The position numbers and the translations under genes were made by a program. A model generated the notes under the pieces. The model was not told where the DNA came from. It made no database searches and was given only the letters and a program-made list of their open reading frames with translations. This document shows, in pieces, positions 57,017 to 64,000 of a stretch of 64,000 bases of DNA. This DNA is from an uncultured cyanobacterium (GTDB taxonomy: Bacteria; Cyanobacteriota; Cyanobacteriia; CAKZMO01): contig CAVRCJ010000005.1 in NCBI GenBank assembly GCA_963719515.1, positions 64,001 to 128,000 of the forward strand. The letters run 5' to 3'. The first letter of the stretch is position 1. Every line of letters begins with the position of its first letter.

Positions 57017-57268
57017 CCTCACATTCCTATGAGAAGAAAGACCAACACGAGATTGAATTGAAATGCGATCGCGATCGCCTGGGCGTGTTTCTATCCCCGT
57101 GAGGGGAAGACGGCGCGAAACAAGCATCCACGAAAAGATCGAAGGCAGGGCCGCCTTGTTTCCATCCCCGTGAGGGGAAAATGGCGCGAAACCGCTCGCA
57201 GTGGTTGAAGATGAACGGAACAAAATGATGCAAGTTTCCATCCCCGTGAGGGGAAAATGGCGCGAAAC
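57017..57268 (-). CRISPR. mini-array A: three 35-bp repeats plus a degenerate trailer repeat
   Basis: GTTTCCATCCCCGTGAGGGGAAAATGGCGCGAAAC (+ strand) at 57087 (variant), 57158 and 57234. Leader motif at 57416. Confidence 0.88.
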
Positions 57269-57656
57269 CCCACCCCTTTTAGAACGCCCATCACACAAGG
57301 CATCGAGATACCCCGAACCACAGAGGTCTAAAAGAGAAGTCAATAGACAAGAACTGCTTGCATCAGACGTACGGAAAGTAACGCCTAAACCCTTGCGGGA
57401 CAAGCAATCCACATAGGTCAACGTAACTATGCGGTTTTCAAGGATCGGTAGACCTCTGTGGCCAGAGCGTCATTGCCCCAACTATAGTGCCGAATACCGT
57501 TTTCTATCCGCGCCTCAAGAATTTCTTTAGAGTCAGACTACGGTCGATTGACCCGGCGGGTAAACACGCTGTAGAGCCGAGCCAAAATCAACTCGCGATC
57601 TAAGGTGCGTATATTGCGAGCCACAGTAAAGCTAACAGGACTGACGTAAGGTCACC

Positions 57657-57806
57657 CCCAAGCAGCCGACCGTTACGGTTTGCAGGCTGGTTGATGGTGA
57701 GTACGAGCTGCTGCAGTTCCGTAGCGGCAACGATGCTGATCGCGTCATGTTTCCCAGTTTTCCGGGGTTTGCGCCGACGGTGAACCAGATTTTCAATCCC
57801 GGTTAG
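57657..57806 (+). pseudogene. Uma2 C-terminal remnant
   Basis: PKQPTVTVCRLVDGEYELLQFR....RVMFPSFP...TVNQIF*. Confidence 0.65.
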
Positions 57807-57849
57807 ATTTTTAATTTTCTGTGATGTCGTTGTTCCAGGGCGATCGATC

Positions 57850-58072
57850 TCCCAACCTAACGACCTGTGGTCACGCTACGCGTTTGCGAAGCATGAGCTT
57901 TGCTCAAAGGGCGAGGGGAGTCCGGTCCCCTTCCCTCGGAATCGGGGGAAGGGCTAGGGATGGGGGCCAAGTCCCTGTGAGGAAAGAGTCGTTTGGCGTT
58001 TTGAGGACCTCTCCCCCGGCCCCTCTCCCAACCTACGACCTGCGGTCACGCTACGCGAAGGGAGAGGGGAGT
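57850..58072. repeat. REP-like hairpins with short inserted repeats
   Basis: Two copies of ACGACCTG(T/C)GGTCACGCTACGCG sit in the loops of CTCCC...GGG(C/A)GAGGGG stems. Confidence 0.6.
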
Positions 58073-58079
58073 CTGGATA

Positions 58080-58184
58080 CCCCATATTCCTATGAGAGGA
58101 AAAACCAATGCGAGATTGAATTGAAATGCGATCGCGATCGCCTGGGCGCGTTTCAATCCCCGTGAGGGGAAAAAGAATCGAAAC
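58080..58184 (-). CRISPR. mini-array B: one repeat, one 33-nt spacer, one degenerate repeat
   Basis: GTTTCAATCCCCGTGAGGGGAAAAAGAATCGAAAC at 58150-58184. Leader motif at 58331. Confidence 0.75.
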
Positions 58185-58422
58185 CTCCTCGATTTAGAAC
58201 CTCCGCCCCATAAGGCTTTCAGATAGCCAAAATTGCGGGGGACGGAAATATGAGGTCATAGTTGCGAAACGCTTGCAACAGGCCAGAGCAGAATAATGCT
58301 CAAACCCAGTCATAGTAAGCCCTCCGCGGGGGTCAACGTAATTATGCGGTTTTCAAGGATCGGCAGACCCCCACAGATGGAGGTCCATGCGCCAAATATA
58401 GTGCTCATCGCCTCGAATGTGT

Positions 58423-58674
58423 TTATTCTTTTGACGTTTCTTTAGAATCTCGCCCCCGGTTAATCCAACGGGTGAATACGCTGTAGAACTGATCTCCTGA
58501 TGGCGTTCGCAGCAGCGGACTCCAAAGATTGGGATGGCCGAAGCCCTTCGAGTACAGCAGATGGATCGTGCTGGTGATTCCAGCGCGGGAACCCGTCAGC
58601 ACCACGCGAACCGGCTCGCGGTTAGACTGCTCTGACGAATCATTATGATCGCGGAGTGGAGGAACATTGGACAT
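58423..58674 (-). CDS. small hypothetical protein upstream of the mini-array leader
   Basis: REPVRVVLTGSR.GITSTIHLLYSKGF....WSP. A paralogous C-terminal remnant lies at about 57537-57575. Confidence 0.65.
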   Translation of the reverse strand: MSNVPPLRDHNDSSEQSNREPVRVVLTGSRAGITSTIHLLYSKGFGHPNLWSPLLRTPSGDQFYSVFTRWINRGRDSKETSKE

Positions 58675-58798
58675 AACTGATAGACCAAAAATAAGCAGGA
58701 CGACAGGCGATGGGTGCTAGACCATCGTTTGATGAGACACTGAGACCAATAGCAAAACCAGCGCTGCTGGCGTCGGTCAAACAGCGAGTTTACTTATC

Positions 58799-58875
58799 CA
58801 AGCAGGCTTGTAATCCTATTGCTAGTCAACCATGCTTGTAGGGGTAAGTCAAGCTGGTTTATCCAAGCGTGCTTA
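58799..58875. promoter_or_regulatory. four operator-like palindromes (CAAGC-N2-GCTTG consensus)
   Basis: CAAGCAGGCTTG 58799, CAACCATGCTTG 58827, CAAGCTGGTTTA 58850, CAAGCGTGCTTA 58864. Confidence 0.65.
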
Positions 58876-58881
58876 TACACA

Positions 58882-59118
58882 ATGGCTCCGAAATCTTCAA
58901 AAGATCAAGACTCTCCTCTCCGTCAGCGACGAGAGGAGCTAGGCCTGACGCAGCGCGACCTAGCTCTCGCTCTCGGCAAAACAGACCAGACCATCAGCAA
59001 TTGGGAAACGGGTATTTACGAGCCGAAGATGACTCCTCGGGAGATCAAGAAGTTATGTGAGCTACTGCAATGGAAAATTGAAGACATGCCAGATGAGTTT
59101 GGCCCGGCATCTGGCTAA
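58882..59118 (+). CDS. XRE-family HTH transcriptional regulator
   Basis: LRQRREELGLTQRDLALALGKTDQTISNWETG..EP. Confidence 0.9.
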   Translation: MAPKSSKDQDSPLRQRREELGLTQRDLALALGKTDQTISNWETGIYEPKMTPREIKKLCELLQWKIEDMPDEFGPASG

Positions 59119-59277
59119 ACTTGAGGCACCCCTTTAAAGAATCGCCATCGTGATTAACGAAGACCAGGGCGATCGCTTTAGCGATCGCCCTACAGGTCCA
59201 GATAAGCTAGATTTCTGGCAAGCGCTTCAAAAATTCCGCCAGCAGCTCGAACATGAGAACTGGGCGATCGCCACAAG

Positions 59278-59712
59278 TTACAGCCCCTCAAGCTCCTCCC
59301 GCAAGACCTGAGAATCCCTCCAAGCGCTTACACGTCCATCGCGATAAACCTTAGCGATAAACGGTGCCGGATTTTCTCTAGCGAAATTTTGCATGCTCGT
59401 CATCGCTTGAGTAAAAGCTGCAATGGTGTTAGCCCCAGATAAATTCTGAGAGGTCAGCACGAACATCTTAACGTTGGCGCTAGCTACCGCTAGACGTTCT
59501 AAAGTTCGCTTACCGATCCGCTCATCCTTGGTGAGAACGATCCACCCTCGGCGTCCTATCTCGGGAAGCCAGTCTACGTCAGGAGCATCTTTAGCAAAGT
59601 GGTCGTCATGAATCTCGACGGTGAGGTTGAGATCCCGCAGAGCTTGAGCCAGCTTCTTGCGGCCTAAGCACCTGTCAATGAAAAAGGTTGCGACTTCAGA
59701 TGATGAAGTCAT
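59278..59712 (-). CDS. PIN-like (VapC45-type) toxin
   Basis: FFIDRCLG, DAPD.DWL, WIVLTKD.RI. Confidence 0.85.
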   Translation of the reverse strand: MTSSSEVATFFIDRCLGRKKLAQALRDLNLTVEIHDDHFAKDAPDVDWLPEIGRRGWIVLTKDERIGKRTLERLAVASANVKMFVLTSQNLSGANTIAAFTQAMTSMQNFARENPAPFIAKVYRDGRVSAWRDSQVLREELEGL

Positions 59713-60410
59713 GCCGCCGCTGGCATTTCACAGCGAATCGCTTCTTCCACAAATAAAGGCGGACAATCGTAGTCTTCCACTAAGTCTTGAATTGAATCCC
59801 CCGCTTTATACCTTTCTGCAATGACGCCTGTTGGAATGCCAGTCTTATCAATGACGAGCCGACCAAACGCAATGCGAGGGTCAATAACAACAATACGCGG
59901 GTTGTGGGCCTCGTCAGCTCGGGTAAAGGGGTAAAGCTTAATAGCCAGCCCAGAATCATCTGGCTCGATGCGTTCTAGATGCGTCTTGACCACCTCTTTC
60001 AAACTGGTTTGTCCCTGTTGCGAAGCGCTGATGAGGGTACCGTAACGTTCAATAAACAGATTGACGCCGTCAGTGCTAAAGCTTTCGTGGGCTAACGGAT
60101 GGGAAACCCGAAGCTGATCTTCGAGGAAATCTAGAGCGCTCCGAACTTTGTCCAGCTGGATCTTGTGATACTTGCGAATTGCCCTCAAAACGTGGACTTC
60201 GACTAGGTTTGTAAATGACAGCAGTCGGGGTTTGAGATCGTCTGTGGAGATCAAGGGTTCAAAAAAGCGCTCTCCCTGTGATACTGGATATGACCGACCT
60301 GCCGTCCACGAACGAATTGTGCCCGCTGGAATTCTCAAATAGCGAGCAGCATCGCTAATTGCGTAGGTCGGAATGTTTTGAGGATTCCCACCGTCATACA
60401 GGTTTGCCAT
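59709..60410 (-). CDS. HTH plus DUF433 antitoxin
   Basis: Y.I.DAARYL.IP..TIRSW, LSF.NLVE, IDPRIAFGR.VI..TGI, AGDSI..L..DY. Overlaps the toxin start by 4 nt. Confidence 0.88.
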   Translation of the reverse strand: MANLYDGGNPQNIPTYAISDAARYLRIPAGTIRSWTAGRSYPVSQGERFFEPLISTDDLKPRLLSFTNLVEVHVLRAIRKYHKIQLDKVRSALDFLEDQLRVSHPLAHESFSTDGVNLFIERYGTLISASQQGQTSLKEVVKTHLERIEPDDSGLAIKLYPFTRADEAHNPRIVVIDPRIAFGRLVIDKTGIPTGVIAERYKAGDSIQDLVEDYDCPPLFVEEAIRCEMPAAA

Positions 60411-60626
60411 CGGTACGCGCGCTTACCCTGAAGCACAGGGAAGTAGGTGATGATTGGGCGATCGTAGCACTTTTTGAGGGAGGAGCAGCCGCATAACGCT
60501 AGTTTCTGCACTCGCGAAGGATTTGCTCTTTGAGCGTATTCTGCAATTGGCTAGCGCTTACTACCCTTGAAAGACATCTTTCAGTAGGTAACCGCCGTAA
60601 GTTAAAAACCTATAAGCACCTCATCC

Positions 60627-61856
60627 ATGCAATTTGCCTCCACTTTCCTCTCCCACGCCTCTGTAGACAAACCTCTAGTCGAAGCCGTCGCCCAGCGGCT
60701 CGGTCGCCGGGGCGTCTTGGCCTGGCTCGACAAAACCGAGCTAGCCCTGGGTTCTCTAAGCGCCGCCCTCAAGCAGGCCGTCCAGCAGCAGGCCACCATC
60801 ACCCTGTTTCTCTCCGAAGCCGCGATCGCCTCCGACTGGTGCCGGGATGAGCTGCTCTACGCCCTCGAAAATGCCGAGAACTTGGACCACATTCTGCCGG
60901 TGTACCTGGGTGACCCCGTCGCGCTGGTGACAAAACACCCCATCCTGCGATCGCGTTTCCTGCATCCCGACGGCGATCGCGTTGACCAGCTTGGAGTCTT
61001 TGACTCAAGCAATCCCACAAGCCCCGACCCAGACGTCGTAGCCCAGATGATTGCCGCCACCGTTTATGGGCACCTATCAGTAGAGTCATCCCCCGAAGTC
61101 GCGATCGTCTTAGATCAGCGGGGGAATGGACCGCGTCGGGGCCGTCTGCCGTCTATCCCCACTAACGTGCAGAGCTTATCGATTCCTGCGCTTACCTTTC
61201 GGCCCGATATCGGCGTACGGCAGCAGCGATCGCTTTTGACCGGCAGCGACTGGGAGGACATGAGCCAAACGATGGCATCCGCCTTCGACGCGGCCTTGGG
61301 CACTATGCGCGGCGACTCTCGCAAGGTTCTGATTCTTGGGAATGCTCAAACGGGGCTGATGTGGGCCGTTGGCCAGCACTTTAACCGGACGACCTCGGCA
61401 GATTTGTACGTCTATGGCAGAGAGGGCGTACCCTTGTCTAATAAAGGACAGATTCGGCATACGTCTTTGTCTGGTGGCGATTCGCAGCGGGCAACGCTTG
61501 TCTCTAACCCTGCGGACCTAGGTGCTAACCAGGCAGAAGTTGCTTTAGGGGTTGGCCCTTCAGAGAAATTTAAAGCGGCTGTCCAAAAAGCGGTTCCTCA
61601 GGTTCCCCTATTCTGGGTTGAGTCTGGCCGTATTGAGAATTCGGAGCAGGCGATGACGCTGGCTGCAGATATCGTCGCCTCGGTTGAGCATCTTCGCCAA
61701 ACCTATGGCGTTGAGCAGTTGACGATGTTCTGGACGACGGCAAATCATGCAGCAACCCTAGTGGCCGCAAATTTGACGTCGCACGTTATCTCCAACGTCA
61801 GATACATGGAGTGGGACCACGGCAGCGGAGAATACGTCCATCTGCCAATGCCGTAG
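60627..61856 (+). CDS. TIR-SAVED-like cyclic-oligonucleotide-activated NADase effector
   Basis: N-terminal TIR (FLSHAS.DK, SDWCRDEL with Glu). The C-terminal part has two SAVED-like halves (VLILGNAQTGLMWAVG; LTMFWTT..HAATLVA...YMEW....YV). Confidence 0.75.
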   Translation: MQFASTFLSHASVDKPLVEAVAQRLGRRGVLAWLDKTELALGSLSAALKQAVQQQATITLFLSEAAIASDWCRDELLYALENAENLDHILPVYLGDPVALVTKHPILRSRFLHPDGDRVDQLGVFDSSNPTSPDPDVVAQMIAATVYGHLSVESSPEVAIVLDQRGNGPRRGRLPSIPTNVQSLSIPALTFRPDIGVRQQRSLLTGSDWEDMSQTMASAFDAALGTMRGDSRKVLILGNAQTGLMWAVGQHFNRTTSADLYVYGREGVPLSNKGQIRHTSLSGGDSQRATLVSNPADLGANQAEVALGVGPSEKFKAAVQKAVPQVPLFWVESGRIENSEQAMTLAADIVASVEHLRQTYGVEQLTMFWTTANHAATLVAANLTSHVISNVRYMEWDHGSGEYVHLPMP

Positions 61857-62094
61857 TGGGCTGAGAGCGTAGTCAGCTCGTCGATGACTCATCATCCGCC
61901 AAGCCGCTGGCTACTGACATGCTGTAACCCAAGAGCTACACCGCTTTTTCGGAAAAGAGCGATGTCTGGCTGGCTTTGCGATCGCTCGCGAGCCTGCGAG
62001 TGTTTTGGTAGGGCCGCTTTGTAAATGTGAATCGTGTTCGTGGTATGTAGTACGGGGCGCTCGACAGCGGGCTTTCCTGCAGCGCAATTTTTGT

Positions 62095-62850
62095 GTTTCA
62101 GTCCCCTGACGGGGTGAAGTAGTCCTGAACGAGGGTCCTGACGGAACGCTCAGCATCGCATTAGTTGTTTCAGTCCCCTGACGGGGTGAAGTAGTCCTGA
62201 ACCAGTTCCTCAAACTGCTGTAGAGGCAAGCAACAGGTTTCAGTCCCCTGACGGGGTGAAGTAGTCCTGAACCCTTCTTCTTCACGGGCAACCGGCCCGG
62301 AGACGGGGCGTTTCAGTCCCCTGACGGGGTGAAGTAGTCCTGAATTCAAATGCGAATTCGACAAAGTTCTACAAAGGTTTGGGTTTCAGTCCCCTGACGG
62401 GGTGAAGTAGTCCTGAACCTGTAACGGGAAGGGAAAGGTAAAGAATCATCGCGGTGGTTTCAGTCCCCTGACGGGGTGAAGTAGTCCTGAACACGTTCGA
62501 GGAAATGCGGACATAGATATCTGTGGGTTTCAGTCCCCTGACGGGGTGAAGTAGTCCTGAACTGCCAATGCTTGGGTGTATGGCGTTCATTTACTGGATT
62601 GTGTTTCAGTCCCCTGACGGGGTGAAGTAGTCCTGAACCGATGATATCCTGAAGGGAGACATCAACACGGGAGTTTCAGTCCCCTGACGGGGTGAAGTAG
62701 TCCTGAACGCGCCTAGGTTCTTTCTCTCCACGTTTGTTGAGAGGTTTCAGTCCCCTGACGGGGTGAAGTAGTCCTGAACAATAAAGTTAAGTCTATCTAG
62801 AAGCGGAGCATCTGGTTTCAGTCCCCTGACGGGGTGAAGTAGTCCTGAAC
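62095..62850 (-). CRISPR. CRISPR array 2: 11 repeats, 10 spacers of 34-40 nt
   Basis: Repeat GTTCAGGACTACTTCACCCCGTCAGGGGACTGAAAC (minus strand). Leader on the right. Confidence 0.98.
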
Positions 62851-63030
62851 CCCCACCTTCTAGAACCCTTGCTACACAAGCCTTCCAGAAGCCGATTTTG
62901 ACAGGTCCAAAACTTGTTGTCAATAGGCCCATTCTCTGAGCAATTATAAATCTCAGAAAACGTCTGAAACGCTTATCTGACAACGCTTGTGACAAGGTCA
63001 ACGGAATAATGCGGTTTTCAAGGTTCGGCG
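62851..63030 (-). promoter_or_regulatory. CRISPR leader 2
   Basis: Similar to leader 1. Motif GGTCAACGGAATAATGCGGTTTTCAAGG at 62996. Confidence 0.8.
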
Positions 63031-63404
63031 CACACTGATACATTAACCCACTTCTCCTCATTTGTCCCATCCCGTAAGGTAATCTTCACAATCTCCCTCT
63101 AGCCCTCAAAGTCAAGCCCAGCAATAAATCTAACCCCTCCAGCCACAGCCATACTCAGCTCCACAGACCCATCGATTTTAGGCAAAAGCCCCCTTTCACC
63201 ACTCCACATCAGGAAGCCCAAAAAATGCGCCTTAATGCATTTGGTATGCACAAAAAAGCCACCAAAGGCGATCGCCTCCGACTAAAACCCTCACGCCAAA
63301 AACATTCCAGCCATTCAGGCCGCCGAGCCATCACTGACAAAATTTCTACACTAAGCGGTATACCCCACCACTTCTCCACCACCACCACCACAGCACATCC
63401 CCAT

Positions 63405-63440
63405 GCTAAGCTACACCCAACCCCAAACGGGGACCGAAAC
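63405..63440 (+). repeat. solitary CRISPR-repeat-like unit just upstream of cas6
   Basis: GCTAAGCTACACCCAACCCCAAACGGGGACCGAAAC: 36 nt with a CCCC-N4-GGGG stem and an AC(C)GAAAC end. Confidence 0.7.
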
Positions 63441-63454
63441 ACAAAATCCCCACC

Positions 63455-64000
63455 ATGGCAACTACCAAACCCCGCCGCAAAACTTCCCAACCCAAGCGCA
63501 CCACCAAAGCCTCCCAGCCCACCTGGCCAAAGAACACAGAACTCCTGCGCCTCACCTTCACCCTCATCCCCGACAAAGACTACGACCTCTACGCCCAATA
63601 CTCCATCGGCCTCCACGCCTGGTTCCTGCAGCAGATTCAAGAGACCAACCCCAAGCTCTCCCAAACCCTCCACGACGACGCCAACGAAAAAGCCTTCACC
63701 GTTTCTGGCCTAGACGGTGCCTTCGTCCCCAGCGGCCAGCAGCTGCGCCTGGTTGCCAAAAAGCCCTACCGCTGGACCGTCACAGCCTTCTCAAAAAAAC
63801 TCGTGCAGTGGCTCGCCAAATGGCTCAAAACCTTGCCGCCTACCCTAGAGCTGCGAAATGCCGTGCTCACCATCAACGGCGTTGCCGTCGAAGCCGCCAC
63901 CACCTACGAGGCAGCTAGCGCAGCAGGCCCACGCCGACAAAGATGCCAGCGACGCCCCAAAATCGCCCTCAGCTTCACCTCCCCCACCAGCTTCCGGAGT
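63455..64000 (+). CDS. cas6: second Cas6 endoribonuclease (partial, runs off the window)
   Basis: Manual translation: YSIGLHAWFLQQI....P.LS..LHD...EKAFTVS.L, TTYE, LSFTSPTSFR. Confidence 0.88.
   Translation, partial: MATTKPRRKTSQPKRTTKASQPTWPKNTELLRLTFTLIPDKDYDLYAQYSIGLHAWFLQQIQETNPKLSQTLHDDANEKAFTVSGLDGAFVPSGQQLRLVAKKPYRWTVTAFSKKLVQWLAKWLKTLPPTLELRNAVLTINGVAVEAATTYEAASAAGPRRQRCQRRPKIALSFTSPTSFRS

Noticed and set aside
57054..57086. Idea that the conserved mini-array spacer targets host HIP1 sites
   Set aside because: Only 8-14 nt of overlapping HIP1 match. No longer complementary site was seen, and HIP1 accumulates in resident DNA anyway.
62020..62060. Possible extra degenerate trailer repeat of array 2
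   Set aside because: Only a weak GTGGTATGTAGTAC resemblance, so it was not counted.
61911..63070. ORFs with SGLLHPVRGLK / FRTTSPRQGTET peptides
   Set aside because: They are translations of CRISPR array 2 repeats.
63209..63918. Pro/Thr-rich ORFs listed at the window end
   Set aside because: They are shadow frames of the cas6 frame starting at 63455, which the track missed because it has no stop in the window.

Overview
Cyanobacterial chromosomal window, inferred from very frequent HIP1 octamers (GCGATCGC), chlB, Uma2 and cyanoexosortase-associated genes. Positions 1-41 kb are mostly housekeeping and accessory genes: hemL, dam-like methylase plus PD-(D/E)XK nuclease, aldehyde dehydrogenase, three tandem MscS genes, Crp-family regulator, SLC13 permease, chlB, minCDE, GH13 glucosidase, nei and hisC. 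This part also carries a MITE, an ISAs1, an IS200 inside a gamma-glutamyltransferase gene and an IS605/TnpB element. Positions 41.5-64 kb form a CRISPR defence island. It holds a type III-A operon (cas10-csm2-csm3-csm4-[phd/vapC]-csm5-cas6, with many frameshifts downstream of cas10), a decayed cas1, two arrays with different 36-bp repeats, two mini-arrays, a second toxin-antitoxin pair, a TIR-SAVED effector and a second cas6. Highlights: (1) an IS110 bridge-recombinase element inserted precisely in the middle of a CRISPR repeat, itself interrupted by an IS5-family element; (2) a solitary CRISPR-repeat-like hairpin 14 nt upstream of the second cas6 start codon, suggesting Cas6 autoregulation; (3) a duplicated small ORF/leader/mini-array unit with a conserved spacer, next to an XRE regulator with operator-like palindromes; (4) an apparently HD-less but GGDD-intact Cas10 with TIR-SAVED as the only visible signalling effector. 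All calls come from reading the sequence; no database searches were run.
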